Source of the DNA: a virus
Taxonomy: Duplodnaviria; Heunggongvirae; Uroviricota; Caudoviricetes; Thumleimavirales; Hafunaviridae
IMG/VR virus record: IMGVR_UViG_2974794339_000001
Coordinates: 11,182 to 75,181 of that record
DNA length: 64,000 nt
Reading direction: 5' to 3' (one strand)
The translations under genes and the position numbers were made by a program. The notes under the pieces are model-generated. The model worked only from the letters and a program-made list of their open reading frames with translations. It ran no database searches and was not told the DNA's origin. Below are positions 29,406-39,829 of this stretch, piece after piece; within the stretch, counting starts at the first letter, position 1; every line of letters starts with the position of its first letter.

Positions 29406-29440
29406 AGATGTATCTCTCTGGTTAGAATCTCGCAGAAGTC

Positions 29441-29500
29441 GCTCCTCACTCTAATAGACGTGGAGCAAGGACTTAAAGACTTCTATTTGAGTCTTTAGCA
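29441..29500 (-). promoter_or_regulatory. recurrent promoter-like motif driving the thyX-dcd operon
   Basis: CTCACTCTAATAGACG…GGACTTAAAGAC…TTTGAGTCTTTAG on + text, i.e. promoter orientation for minus strand. Confidence 0.45.
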
Positions 29501-32059
29501 GAACGCGGCGAGGCCGGTCTGCGACTGTCCCTCAATCGCGGCGTCAACGTCAATGTCCACCGCTTCGAGGATGTCCACCATCGGGTTGCGAACGAGCGTG
29601 TCTTGCATCCGCTTCACGTCCACGGTGAGCTGGTCACGGAGGTCGTCCAACTGCGCCCCCCGTTCGTATCCAATCACATCGAGCGTGTCTTCTCCGAGCG
29701 TGGTGTGCTTGAGGTAGACCCGCTTGACCGTGTTCCCCTTCCCGAAGTTACAGTCCTTGATGAACTTGTTAGCGTAGAACGCCGCTCGGGGCGAAGCTCC
29801 CTTCGGTGTCCCATCAGACCACGAGTAGTCTTCAAGTTCTTTTCCGAGGCCGCCGGGGATTCCGATTAGGTCGAAGTCCGGGTTCGAGGCGTCAATGCGT
29901 TCGGCTCCTTCCCGAATGATGCGGCGAATCTCGTCCTTCGAGCCGCCGCGAACGATGGTTTCCAGCGTCTCTCGCTGAACCTCCTTGGTGAGCTGAGCCG
30001 TGTTGTTCTTCTTGCACGGGTAGCCGGAGATGGAGAGCTTGCCCTTGCCGTCCTTGATTTGGGCGTCATAGTCCATCCCTTCGTCCCACACCTTGACGTA
30101 GGCGTAGAACTTCTTTTGGCCGGACATGAAGAACCGAGAGGCGTACATCTCGATTTCAATATCGAACCGGCACGGGTCGGTCGGCATCCCGTATTCGGCG
30201 GCGAGTTCGACGTAGACCTCATTGTTCAGCGTGTCCGTGATAGTGTCGGCGGCTTCGAGGCACTCTCGCTGATTCATCGAACTATCAAATTCGATATAAT
30301 TTGAGTCGGTATCCCCGTATGCCACATTTGCGATACTTTCTTCGTTGACGTATTTCGCCGTTCGCTTGATTACTGCCTGCCCTGTAAGGGTGACAGCGGC
30401 GGCAATATCGGAGTCGTAGAGGAAGAACCGAACCCACCCCAAAACGCCGTAGATAGAGTTAACTATCGTCTTCCTGACACTATACTCCTCGCCCCATTTC
30501 GCCTTCTCCTCGGCGCTCAGCGAGTCGTCCTTCTTCATCTCGCCAGCGTGTTCCTTGAGGCGGAGAGCTTCGTCCACCAGTTCGCGGAACACGCCGTCGA
30601 AATCGAGTCGGAAGTAAACGTCGTTGGCCGCCTTCGCTACCGGCACGAGGTCGCCCCCTTCTTCGAGGACAGCGTACAGGCCGTCGTCGTGTTCTTCGAC
30701 GTGGATGGGGTCAACCTTCGTTTCCGGGCTGGCGTTCAGCATCCAGAGCGTGTTCGGATACAGACTTGCCAAGTCGATTCCGACCACGTTCTCCTTGAGG
30801 CCGGTGAACGCCGGGAACACGTAGGCCCCGTCGTACTTACCGGAGTCCTCCGGCGGGTCGGCGGTCGGCCCGGCGTAGCCCTCCTCGTAGAGCTTCCGGC
30901 GAATCATCATCTCGATGAACTCGTTGTTCGCCGTGGTCTGCTCGAAGTCCAGACCAATCGTGTCGCGCAGCGCCTTCTTGAACGCGAGGACGTTCGCGGC
31001 CTCGTTGATACCGACCGTGAGGAAAACGTCCTTCGTGTTGTAGTTGAGGAACTTGCGGGTGTTCTCTGAATACAGCTCGTAGAATCCCTTGTCCGTGTGT
31101 TCAATCTTCGCGTCTTCCAACTCCATCTGAGCGGCGTTGTCCAGCGCCCCGCTGACCTTCGTGAACTTGGTGTCCTTCCAAGCGTCCATCAGGTCGTAGC
31201 AGGTACGTCCCTGAATCGTCGGGCCGCCGTACCCGGTGTAGGCGTTCCCGGTTCGGGAGAGGCGGTCGGCGTTGACGCCACGCTCTTTCATCCGCTCGAT
31301 AACGAACGGGGTGTCGAACCCGTTGCTGTTCCAGCCAACCACGAGGTCGCTGTCCTTCTCGCTCACGTACTTGGCGAACTCCGTGAGCATCTTCCGCTCG
31401 TTCGGCTCGAACTTGAGCTGGTCGAGGTGGTCGAGGCCGAGGTCGCTCGGGTGGCTCACCGCATCGAGGTCTGCGTCGGGGAAGCGTTCCCCAAGCCCGT
31501 GACCGTCGAGGTCGATGAAGCCAACGTACTCGTCGGTGTAGTTGTCGTGAGCGACGATGCTCAGGATTCGAGCCTTCCCGTAGTCGGGGAAGCCCTCGCC
31601 CCGGTCGTCCGTCTCAATGTCGAACGTCAGAACGCGGGGAGGCGCGTCCAACTCCACCGGCTCAAGCTCGTCGGGAGTGACCCTGCCGGACGGGGCGCGA
31701 ACGCCGGTCTTGATTCCGAGGTCGATTCGGAGCCGGTCGGTGTAGTCCACGTCGGCTTCCCACGACTTCGAGAAGAACGACGCGACCTCGCCCATCTTCT
31801 TCGGGTTGTTCACGACGACCTTCGCCAGCTCGTCTTGGTTCACGAGGCCGGTGAAGTCGGTGTCGTCATACCCCTCGATGTGGTCATTATCGAACGGGTC
31901 AACTTCGCCCTTCTCCTCCGCCGGGACGTAGAAGTAGGGGTCGAAGTTCTCTACCACGATAGAGTCCGGTTTCCCGGCTTCGGTTCGACCGAACAGTTTG
32001 ACCTTCGGGGTGTAGTCTTCGTAAATCAGTTCGGTGTTCGTAACGTAGATTTCTTTCAT
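29495..32059 (-). CDS. polB: family B DNA polymerase
   Basis: Exo I LTFDIETD, motif A DLASLYPNT, motif C VAYGDTDSNYIEF; ATG start at MKEIYVTN (tracked ORF extended to an upstream GTG). Confidence 0.9.
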   Translation of the reverse strand: MKEIYVTNTELIYEDYTPKVKLFGRTEAGKPDSIVVENFDPYFYVPAEEKGEVDPFDNDHIEGYDDTDFTGLVNQDELAKVVVNNPKKMGEVASFFSKSWEADVDYTDRLRIDLGIKTGVRAPSGRVTPDELEPVELDAPPRVLTFDIETDDRGEGFPDYGKARILSIVAHDNYTDEYVGFIDLDGHGLGERFPDADLDAVSHPSDLGLDHLDQLKFEPNERKMLTEFAKYVSEKDSDLVVGWNSNGFDTPFVIERMKERGVNADRLSRTGNAYTGYGGPTIQGRTCYDLMDAWKDTKFTKVSGALDNAAQMELEDAKIEHTDKGFYELYSENTRKFLNYNTKDVFLTVGINEAANVLAFKKALRDTIGLDFEQTTANNEFIEMMIRRKLYEEGYAGPTADPPEDSGKYDGAYVFPAFTGLKENVVGIDLASLYPNTLWMLNASPETKVDPIHVEEHDDGLYAVLEEGGDLVPVAKAANDVYFRLDFDGVFRELVDEALRLKEHAGEMKKDDSLSAEEKAKWGEEYSVRKTIVNSIYGVLGWVRFFLYDSDIAAAVTLTGQAVIKRTAKYVNEESIANVAYGDTDSNYIEFDSSMNQRECLEAADTITDTLNNEVYVELAAEYGMPTDPCRFDIEIEMYASRFFMSGQKKFYAYVKVWDEGMDYDAQIKDGKGKLSISGYPCKKNNTAQLTKEVQRETLETIVRGGSKDEIRRIIREGAERIDASNPDFDLIGIPGGLGKELEDYSWSDGTPKGASPRAAFYANKFIKDCNFGKGNTVKRVYLKHTTLGEDTLDVIGYERGAQLDDLRDQLTVDVKRMQDTLVRNPMVDILEAVDIDVDAAIEGQSQTGLAAFC

Positions 32060-32060
32060 T

Positions 32061-32180
32061 TTAAACGAGACAGGCGCTCCATCCACAGTTCAGGCAGGTG
32101 CGGCATCCGCCCTGCGGGGCGATTCGGGGGTTGTTACATCCACACGGTGCGGCTTGCTGGTGACTCTGGTTCTGACTCAT
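32061..32180 (-). CDS. Cys-rich micro-protein (39 aa, C4 zinc ribbon-like)
   Basis: MSQNQSHQQAAPCGCNNPRIAPQGGCRTCLNCGWSACLV; ATGA overlap with upstream gene stop. Confidence 0.3.
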   Translation of the reverse strand: MSQNQSHQQAAPCGCNNPRIAPQGGCRTCLNCGWSACLV

Positions 32181-32650
32181 CGTTGTTTGGTGATTGTAAC
32201 CTCAGAACGCTCCCACGTCGTGTTCGCCGTCGCTTCAGGAGCGACGTATTGTACGTCCTCGAACCCGTCGCGGTTCCGCTCTATCCGCTCCTCTCCTTCG
32301 ATGATGGTGTTCGCTTCAGGGTCGTAGGCGACGACCTCGCCGTTCGTGAACGCCACGGGGTCGTACTCGATAACCCGGCTGTCGTCGCGCTCGATGATGA
32401 AGATGGAACTGACGCCCATCCCCTGAACCTGATTCAGAACATCCTCGGAGATTGCGTACCCTGCGTACTTGCGGAAGTAGTGCTGGTCGGCCTCCCCCTT
32501 TCCGTGACGGTTCCGGGGGAACGTAGCCACCCGACCACGGTGAGCGTCCTCTCCGAAGTGGCCGATTACAACGTCCGATTTACGTATCGGAGCAACGAGG
32601 GTTGTTTTCGGTGCTGGTGTGTCGGTGTAGTTGAATAGTGTGCTACTCAT
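32177..32650 (-). CDS. hypothetical protein (157 aa)
   Basis: Clean frame. Confidence 0.4.
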   Translation of the reverse strand: MSSTLFNYTDTPAPKTTLVAPIRKSDVVIGHFGEDAHRGRVATFPRNRHGKGEADQHYFRKYAGYAISEDVLNQVQGMGVSSIFIIERDDSRVIEYDPVAFTNGEVVAYDPEANTIIEGEERIERNRDGFEDVQYVAPEATANTTWERSEVTITKQR

Positions 32651-32831
32651 TCTCTCGTTGTCGTTCCCGCATTGTCGCGTTCTTCGCTATCTCCAAACAG
32701 AAGTGACAGAGCGACTTACCGGGAATCGGCTCTCTATTTTCGCATTTTCGGCATTTCGTCATATCTCTGGATTCGTGCCGCACCGCCAGCGGATGCTGAC
32801 GGCGTTTCGACCGAAACAGAGATTCAGAGAA

Positions 32832-33746
32832 TTAGAGATAAGTCGGGGACTCGCCCCGATATTCCTCCTTCCATTCGGGGTAGGAGAGCGTGTCGTCGCG
32901 GTAGAAATACGCCCGACCGGGGAACGGGTGTTCCTCGTCCGGGCCGATACAGAGTTCTTCTCGGGAGTGCGGTCGCGCCTTCCGTTCGGTTTCGAGAACC
33001 GGAGGCGTCTGTGGGTGTTCGACCTCCCGCCGTCGCCGGTTCAGGAACGCGGAGTCAACGCGGTCGTCCTTGTTCCAAGAGAGTAGAACGTTCTCCATCG
33101 ACCGCTCGATGCGGTCGTAGTAGTTGTAGCCGTCCTCACCCCACTTATCGCCCTGCCACACACTCCCGAATTGTGCCGCCTTCAGCGGTGAAGCGGTGTC
33201 CACGGAGTGAACAGGCACGTAATGGGATAACTCGAATTGTCGGTGGGGGCTACCACCGAGGATGTGAACGCTTCGGCAGTTACGGTACTCCCATACAGGC
33301 CACGGTACACCACCAAAGCGGTCTTGAGCGGGGAGTCCGACGCGGAACCGAGAGGGTACACGGTCGGGCTTGACACCCTTCGGAACCACGATAACAACCT
33401 CTGCGTGGCGACGGAGACGGTCAGCCTTAGCAAGAGTAGAATCGAGGTCAGACTCGTCTCGAATATCAGGCGCAACAGCATATTTCGGCTGTTCGCGTTT
33501 CACCACATCGAGGTGGGCTTCCCACTTCTGGTCGAACGGAATATCATCTTGAAGGAACGGCCAATCCACGAACTCCACCGGAATCTCCCTCGGTGGTCGG
33601 GCTTTCGTACTTTCCATCCCCACGAGCGAGCCACCACGGTAGGCCGCTCGGGGCATATCCTCGCCGCCGCAGGACGTTACTATAACATCAATTCGGTCGG
33701 GTGAGCTGGTGCTGTCGCTGGTCGATGCGTACTCGGTGAGACTCAT
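32832..33746 (-). CDS. conserved-looking hypothetical enzyme (304 aa)
   Basis: W/H/D-rich; …VIVTSCGGEDMP… and …VHILGGSPH… segments; no confident family assignment. Confidence 0.45.
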   Translation of the reverse strand: MSLTEYASTSDSTSSPDRIDVIVTSCGGEDMPRAAYRGGSLVGMESTKARPPREIPVEFVDWPFLQDDIPFDQKWEAHLDVVKREQPKYAVAPDIRDESDLDSTLAKADRLRRHAEVVIVVPKGVKPDRVPSRFRVGLPAQDRFGGVPWPVWEYRNCRSVHILGGSPHRQFELSHYVPVHSVDTASPLKAAQFGSVWQGDKWGEDGYNYYDRIERSMENVLLSWNKDDRVDSAFLNRRRREVEHPQTPPVLETERKARPHSREELCIGPDEEHPFPGRAYFYRDDTLSYPEWKEEYRGESPTYL

Positions 33747-34046
33747 TAGGAATTTGTCGCTAACGTAGGCTGTGAGCGTGCTGTGCGTACAGGGTGTTGC
33801 GGATGGTTTCCGCCCGCTCCGCTTCCTCGTGCTGTCTCACCACACGCTTCATCTGAGCGTACTCGGTAAGCATCGAGGCGAGGTCGTCGAACGATTCGTT
33901 GTGTAGGACGAAGCTGAGGTTTCCTTCAGTCATTGTTTTTGTAGCGTCGGTATTCGCATCGCAGGTAGTCGTATATCGCTCCGAGTCCGTAGCTCAGAAC
34001 GAGAACGCCGAGCGGAATCAGGCAGAGTCGGAGGAATACTTCCCCG

Positions 34047-34247
34047 TCACTCATCAAGGCCGAGTTGAGTGGGGATTTTCGTGTTGCCGAACGGAGCGCA
34101 CCCGGTACAGTAGACGACCGAGGCGGTCGCCCCACGGTAGCGGGCGCTTCTTTTCTGGACTACGTAGTAATCCTCGTTCGATTCAGGGTTCAGATAGTTG
34201 AACTCCTTGTTGCACTTCGTACAGTTGTGAGGGAGATTGAAGTCCAT
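34047..34247 (-). CDS. small zinc-ribbon protein (66 aa)
   Basis: CTKCNK…CTGC pairs. Confidence 0.35.
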   Translation of the reverse strand: MDFNLPHNCTKCNKEFNYLNPESNEDYYVVQKRSARYRGATASVVYCTGCAPFGNTKIPTQLGLDE

Positions 34248-35254
34248 TAGTAGGGATACCAGTTCTTCGCCCGCTTGTGCTTCGTAATCTCATCTTTGGG
34301 TTTCACGGAGCCGTCAGGCTCAGCGAACCCGTGGTAGCCTTCGCCGCCTTTCTTCCCCCACGTCGAAGCGCACTCGTCGTAGAAGAAGCACTTACCGTGG
34401 CCGTAGTGACACAGCGGGCCGGTTTCGAGGTCGTAGTTCTCCTCGGTCGGCTTCATCTGCATCCCGAGGACGGCCTTGCGGATGATGTGTCGGCGGTCTT
34501 CGTCCGGGTAGGGACTGACGACCAGCTCATCCTCTTGTGGGTAGTAGCCAGCGACTCCGGCGATTTCGTAGTCGAGGTCGTTCTCGAACAGCCATCCGTA
34601 GAACTCGCCTTCGAGGTAGATTCCCTTGTGGCGGTACTTCGGGTCTTGAACCTTCCCGGTCTTGTAGTCGAGAATCACCACGCCCTCGTTGGCCTCGATG
34701 CCGGGGACGGTCGCGGCGTGGAGCAGGGCGTCGGCGTACCCCATCCACGGGAGGTTCCCGATAGGAACGTCGTCGCCTTCGAGTCGGCCTTCCACTTCGA
34801 CCCCGATGGGGAGCCAAGCATCGAGGGCGTACTCCATCACGGTCTTTCCGTCGCGGGGGTCGTCCAGAGAGCGGAACTTCGCGGCGGCGTAGTCACAGGC
34901 CAACTCCCACCGCTTGTCCTCGAACTTCCAGAAGTTCTCGATGTGTGGGTGAAGCCATTGTGCGTAGTCCTCCCACGGCCCCATCACATAGGCATACCAC
35001 TCAGGGCGCTCTCCGTGTTCCTCAACGTACTCGATGAGGTTGAGATGGAAGTCCTCGTAGGCTCGGTGAATCTGACTGCCCTTCTCCGTGTGGTAGGAAC
35101 CGGGCGTCCGGTTGTCCATCCAGTAGGAGTAGAGGAACTTCCGGGGGCATTGGAGGTACGTCTTGATTCGGCTCTTGGAGATGTGTTCGAGGCCGTTCTC
35201 GGCGTGGTCGTCGGGAACCGTGAGGTCGATTCCCGACGATTCAGCCTTACTCAT
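34247..35254 (-). CDS. Cas4-like/RecB-family PD-(D/E)xK exonuclease with Fe-S cysteines
   Basis: …SKSRIKTYLQCPRKFLYSYW… N-terminal Cys motif, …VVILDYKTGKV… catalytic DYK, C-terminal …CHYGHGKCFFYDEC… (4-Cys cluster). Confidence 0.6.
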   Translation of the reverse strand: MSKAESSGIDLTVPDDHAENGLEHISKSRIKTYLQCPRKFLYSYWMDNRTPGSYHTEKGSQIHRAYEDFHLNLIEYVEEHGERPEWYAYVMGPWEDYAQWLHPHIENFWKFEDKRWELACDYAAAKFRSLDDPRDGKTVMEYALDAWLPIGVEVEGRLEGDDVPIGNLPWMGYADALLHAATVPGIEANEGVVILDYKTGKVQDPKYRHKGIYLEGEFYGWLFENDLDYEIAGVAGYYPQEDELVVSPYPDEDRRHIIRKAVLGMQMKPTEENYDLETGPLCHYGHGKCFFYDECASTWGKKGGEGYHGFAEPDGSVKPKDEITKHKRAKNWYPY

Positions 35255-36020
35255 CGACCTCTACGACGACGCAGTATGCGGGGAACTTTCGACCGTAGCC
35301 GGGACGGTCAATCATCTTCCCCTTCACGTTCGAGTAGGGAATATCGTGTTCCTCCGCGAATTGGCTCTTGGCGGTCGAAACAGAATGTTGTCGTCCTTCG
35401 AGTCGGTACACCTCGCTCCGAACGTCTGGTTTGCGTAGCTCACTCATTTTCTTCTTCCAGAACCTCTACGTGTTCCGTTATGTCCATCGCGTGAAGCTCG
35501 CCGTCACGCTTCTTGAACTCGATTACCGCCCTATCCTGCGAAGCCGCCCGCTGAAGAATATCCATCAGAATATCCTTCGTTTCCTGAGGGAGTCCGACGC
35601 TCACGAGAACAACGCCTCCGCTTGATTCTTCATCTCACGGGGTTCCGGGTCGAACACGCCCTCCCACTTCTTGTTTCGCTCCTTTGCTATCTTGATTGAC
35701 CGCTCTATTTCGAGTGCGAGAGCGTCAATCTCGTCGTGTAGGTCTTCGTCTTCGTTCATCGTAGATTGCTGGCGAGATTGACGTAGCCAAGACGGTCACG
35801 GTAGTCATCCTCGTTGTAGTCACCGCCCTGCGCTCGGGCCAGTTTGAACAACGCCATCATTTCAGCCACGTCAGCAGGCCGGATGTTTGGGTCTGGACAC
35901 CCCGTACTGAGGAAGTAAGCGTTCCAGTAGTGGGCGATTCGTTGAAAGGAGTCTTCGGGAGCGCCGTGTGTTTCCGAACGCCCCTCGATGATTTCCTTCG
36001 CTTCATCGAGAAGTCTCCCG

Positions 36021-36407
36021 TTATTCACTTCGTCCATGTCGTACTCGGTCGTATTTGATTTCGTCCACGTCCATCCGTGCGTGGTCGGTCGCTTCTCCAC
36101 AAACCGGACACATCATCTCGGTTTGCTCACCCCTGTCGCGCTGGCTGATTACGTCTGTCTCGAACTCCCCGCACTCCGAACAGCGGTAACGGTAGGCATC
36201 GTCAAGGCCGCGAACTTGCGACCGGACGATTCGACCGCCCTGAATCTGCTTGAGTCCGTTCTCGTAGTAGAACTTCACCGTCCCATCAGGGAGGTTCATC
36301 ACATCGAGGACGTTCTCGTACTCGCGGAAGTTCGTGAGATTACCGTCGTCGTCAACCTGAGCGAGATGGATGTTGTGACTGATTCCGTCTGTTCCAAAAC
36401 TCATCAT
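36021..36407 (-). CDS. zinc-finger protein (128 aa)
   Basis: CSECGEF…CPVCGE. Confidence 0.4.
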   Translation of the reverse strand: MMSFGTDGISHNIHLAQVDDDGNLTNFREYENVLDVMNLPDGTVKFYYENGLKQIQGGRIVRSQVRGLDDAYRYRCSECGEFETDVISQRDRGEQTEMMCPVCGEATDHARMDVDEIKYDRVRHGRSE

Positions 36408-36422
36408 TGGTGGTAGGGCCGG

Positions 36423-36800
36423 TTACTCGTCGTCCGGTGCGAAGTACCCGGAGTGCTTGCCGTCGCGCTCTCCGAGAAGTTCGAGGTCGCCGCGCTGAAG
36501 TCTGAGGTAGACGCCGAAAGCAGACTCCTTCATCCCTTCCAGAATCTCCACGAGCTGTTCGTCGTCGTCGCCCTTCGCCATCAGAATCCGCTCATCGAGG
36601 GCGTTACTCAGCTTGAGCGCCCCCGACTTGTAGGCGTCCAGCTCTTGATGAGCCGTCTTAATGTCGCCCACGAGGTCGGAGAGGCGTTCGTCCTCGCCCC
36701 CGATTTCCACGGTCGTCTCGTTCATCAGGCGTTTCAACTCCTCTGTCTTCTCAGTAGGGTCAGCTACTTCCATTTTAGATTCCACCAGATTCGGCGTCAA
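36423..36800 (-). CDS. hypothetical acidic coiled-coil protein (125 aa)
   Basis: Clean frame. Confidence 0.4.
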   Translation of the reverse strand: MTPNLVESKMEVADPTEKTEELKRLMNETTVEIGGEDERLSDLVGDIKTAHQELDAYKSGALKLSNALDERILMAKGDDDEQLVEILEGMKESAFGVYLRLQRGDLELLGERDGKHSGYFAPDDE

Positions 36801-37200
36801 CGCGCCCCGCCGCTTTGGGGTCGTTCACGATTTTGTAGGTCGGTCGTCCTTCGTCGCAGATGAGGCCACACTCGGGACACACCGGCTCTCCGGTGTGAAT
36901 CTTCCGAGCCGCTTCCTCACAGTCCGGGCAAGTGAGGGTTTCCTCCGTGACCTTCTTCTTGAGAACGCGGCCTCTCGGGGCGTCGTGAGCGACGGGAATG
37001 AACTCGTCGTAGTAGCCCTCCATCAGCTCGCCGTCAATCATCCGTCCGGGGTGGTAACGGCGGAGATGGGTGGGCATCCAGTCGTACTCGGTTTCGAGTG
37101 CGAACTTGTGAAGCGCCCAGTAATCGTGGATTCCGGGGCCGCTTTCGATAGTAGTGGTGTCGGCTCTTGGCTTTCCGAAGAACTCGTCTTTGGCTTCCAT
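36775..37200 (-). CDS. zinc-ribbon protein (141 aa)
   Basis: TCPDCEE…CPECGLIC. Confidence 0.4.
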   Translation of the reverse strand: MEAKDEFFGKPRADTTTIESGPGIHDYWALHKFALETEYDWMPTHLRRYHPGRMIDGELMEGYYDEFIPVAHDAPRGRVLKKKVTEETLTCPDCEEAARKIHTGEPVCPECGLICDEGRPTYKIVNDPKAAGRVDAESGGI

Positions 37201-37287
37201 TTAGTGTCCTGCTTGTTGCGTACTGCTAAGACTCGTAGAACGGTGCTTAACTCTTTGTAAAAGACTTGGCGCTATGTCTTCGAGTCT

Positions 37288-38469
37288 TTACGGCTGATAC
37301 TGCACGTCGTAGAGCCACGTAAGCGGGAGGCTGTCCGAGACGCCGTGGATGGTCGCTCCCGGCATAGACCACTCGGAAATGGATTCCTCGAAGTCACCCG
37401 GCGGCTTGATGGAACCGGAGCGAATCACGGGGACGTTCATCACGCGGTCAACACCCTGCGTGTGGTAGTGCCCGGCGTAGGCAATCTCGAAGTTGTGCTG
37501 AAGGAGCCATCCGCGCCAGTCGCGCTTCGCGGCGGCAGTACCGATGTGTTCCGCCGCGTTCTGCCCGTGCCGGATGTGAGCCTTGTGGCCCCGAATCTCG
37601 AAGTTCGTGAAGCCCGTCCGGTCGTTTCGGATGAAGGTGATGTTGTCGTACTCAGACGCCCGAACAACCGCATCGAGCATCCGGTACACAATGTCGTCGC
37701 CGTTAGCCTGCTGGCTCGAACCGCTAATGCGAATCTCGCCGTGGTTGCCGGTCTGACACACCACCTGAACGGCGTCGAAGTTCTCCGCGAGAATCCGAAT
37801 CTGCTCGAAGTGAACCTGAGCCGCGAGGTCTACCTGCTCGTTGAAGTTCAGTTCGACCTCCCACGCCTGCCCTCGGTAGATACCGGAGCCGGTGATAATG
37901 TCGCCGCCCATCACGTAGTGAACCGTGTGGAAGTCCCACCCGGCCTTCCGCTGGCGCTCAATCAGTTCGAGCGTCTTCTGCGTCCGGTAGCGGATACGTT
38001 CGAGAGCGATTTCGGTGTTGAAGACCTCGTTCCCGAACTCGTCTTCGAGAACGTCGCCAATGTGGTCGTCCGTGACGTGAATCACCACGTCTTCCTCGCC
38101 ACCCTCGGAGAGCGGGACGGCGCTAATAGCGGGTTCCGTGTTGTTCAGCACTTTATCGAGACGCCGCGAGAGCGACCCGGCGGCCTTGTTCAGCCGCTTC
38201 GTCTTGGTCGCCTTCGTGGTCGAACCGTACTCGCGGGTCTTGTTCTGGTTCGTGGGGTGTTCCTTCTCCACGTCCCGCATATACGCTTCGACCTTTCCCC
38301 CGTCGATGCGTCTTTTCGCAAGGGGAGCGCCCTTGCGCTCGATGCTACTGATGTGGTCACGGGCGGTGGACTCGGAGAAGCCGAACTCCTCGGAGAGCTG
38401 AGCGTAGCCAGCAGGCAGGTAGTCGATGATTTCCAGTTCGGTGGGAGTGAGATTCTGTTCGTAGTTCAT
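37288..38469 (-). CDS. calcineurin-like metallophosphoesterase (Mre11/SbcD-like fold) with N-terminal HTH
   Basis: Start MNYEQNLTPTELEIIDYL (HTH-like); motifs VIHVTDDHIG, VMGGDIITG, GNHG, AGHYH; ATGA overlap with primase stop. Confidence 0.6.
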   Translation of the reverse strand: MNYEQNLTPTELEIIDYLPAGYAQLSEEFGFSESTARDHISSIERKGAPLAKRRIDGGKVEAYMRDVEKEHPTNQNKTREYGSTTKATKTKRLNKAAGSLSRRLDKVLNNTEPAISAVPLSEGGEEDVVIHVTDDHIGDVLEDEFGNEVFNTEIALERIRYRTQKTLELIERQRKAGWDFHTVHYVMGGDIITGSGIYRGQAWEVELNFNEQVDLAAQVHFEQIRILAENFDAVQVVCQTGNHGEIRISGSSQQANGDDIVYRMLDAVVRASEYDNITFIRNDRTGFTNFEIRGHKAHIRHGQNAAEHIGTAAAKRDWRGWLLQHNFEIAYAGHYHTQGVDRVMNVPVIRSGSIKPPGDFEESISEWSMPGATIHGVSDSLPLTWLYDVQYQP

Positions 38470-39704
38470 TGAGTTACGTATTCTTCGTCGTAGATTCGGC
38501 AGGATTCGTCCGAGCGGTCGTTCATTCCGACACAGAACTCGCCGCCAGCGTCCCACACGTTCTGACAAACGAACGGGCCGTCGTAGCGAGAGATGAGGTC
38601 TTCAACCAGCGAGCGAGTCGTGGACTCGTTATACCCCTCGATGGGGCGAAAGAAGTTCACGATAACCTCGATGGGAACCTTCTTCTGAATCAGCTCCTTC
38701 ATCACGTTAATCTCCATCACGCGGCTCTCAGAACCGTAGGAGTAGGAGTCATCGCGCTTGATGAACTCCATGATGCAGGGCTTGTTTGCGACGAGAAGCG
38801 GAATGTCGCTGACCTTGATTCGGTCGTTCGATTCTTCCCGGTATTTCTTCACGGCCTTCGGGTCTTTCACCGAGCCACGGCGTTCGCTGTACGTACCTTC
38901 GCCACCGCTGGCGTTCCGTACTTCGAGCGCCACTTCCCGGCGTCCCGCCTCTGAGGGCGACCGTTCCTTTTGGGGAACGGGCCGGGGGCCGCTGGTAAGT
39001 TCCAGATAGTCGTCCGGTGTGAGGTCTACCAGTTCCTCAATGCTCACCGGGACACACCAACTCGTTTCATCTCGATGCTCCGCACCGGGATGGGGCGTGT
39101 TCGGATGTCGGACGAGACGAGCGAGGTCGGAGCTGTCAACGTCAACCCACGGGTCGATGTTGATGCCACCTGCTATCTCATCCAGTTGCTCTATCATCTG
39201 GTTGCCGTACTTCTCAAGTCCACGCTTGAACTGAGTGTACGACCCGTTGGCTACGTCCACCGGCTCGAAGTCGAAGAATAGGTGGATTCCTTTGTGACCG
39301 GAGAGGGACGCTCGCCAATGCTGTTCTTTGCCGCCTTCGAGGATTGCCTCCGCGACCAACTGAACGCGAATCAGGAGGTCGCTCATCGAGCGTTTCCACG
39401 CATCGAGGGTTCGGTTCCGTTCGCGGTACTCGGAGTCAGCGGGAACGTCGAAGTCGATGAAGATAGTGTCTATCTTCGGGATGTTGTCCCCGTCGTCCGT
39501 GTGACCCCGAGGGAAGGAATAGGTGGATACGAACCCGTCCTTTCCTGCGCGACCGGCCTCAAGAAGACTGCTTACCAACTCTACTCGATTGTTCGCCGGT
39601 TCCTGTATCCTAAACCGGGTGCTTACCCTCCGTGGAGCGTCCGGCCCCACGTCGGGACACCAGACCTTCGATGCTTCCCATAGAAGCTTCTCGTGATTTC
39701 CCAT
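38466..39704 (-). CDS. primase-polymerase, archaeo-eukaryotic primase superfamily
   Basis: …KIDTIFIDFDVP… (DxD) and …SGHKGIHLFFDF… (sGxxGxH) motifs; Cys-containing C-terminal domain. Confidence 0.65.
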   Translation of the reverse strand: MGNHEKLLWEASKVWCPDVGPDAPRRVSTRFRIQEPANNRVELVSSLLEAGRAGKDGFVSTYSFPRGHTDDGDNIPKIDTIFIDFDVPADSEYRERNRTLDAWKRSMSDLLIRVQLVAEAILEGGKEQHWRASLSGHKGIHLFFDFEPVDVANGSYTQFKRGLEKYGNQMIEQLDEIAGGINIDPWVDVDSSDLARLVRHPNTPHPGAEHRDETSWCVPVSIEELVDLTPDDYLELTSGPRPVPQKERSPSEAGRREVALEVRNASGGEGTYSERRGSVKDPKAVKKYREESNDRIKVSDIPLLVANKPCIMEFIKRDDSYSYGSESRVMEINVMKELIQKKVPIEVIVNFFRPIEGYNESTTRSLVEDLISRYDGPFVCQNVWDAGGEFCVGMNDRSDESCRIYDEEYVTQ

Positions 39705-39829
39705 TTGTGTGAGTGGTCATTCGGTACACCTCTCGGTGAAGCTCGTACATCCCGCGCTCTGACACTCGGGACAGTATTCAGCAACACCACCCGTCGATGC
39801 GTCACAACACCGGCAGTTCCAGCGCCCGT

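Noticed and set aside
31097-32638. 513-aa + strand ORF antisense to polB
   Set aside because: Shadow ORF in GC-rich antisense frame.
34277-35494. 405-aa + strand ORF antisense to Cas4-like gene
   Set aside because: Shadow ORF.
37345-38472. 375-aa + strand ORF antisense to phosphoesterase gene
   Set aside because: Shadow ORF; V/G/R-rich.
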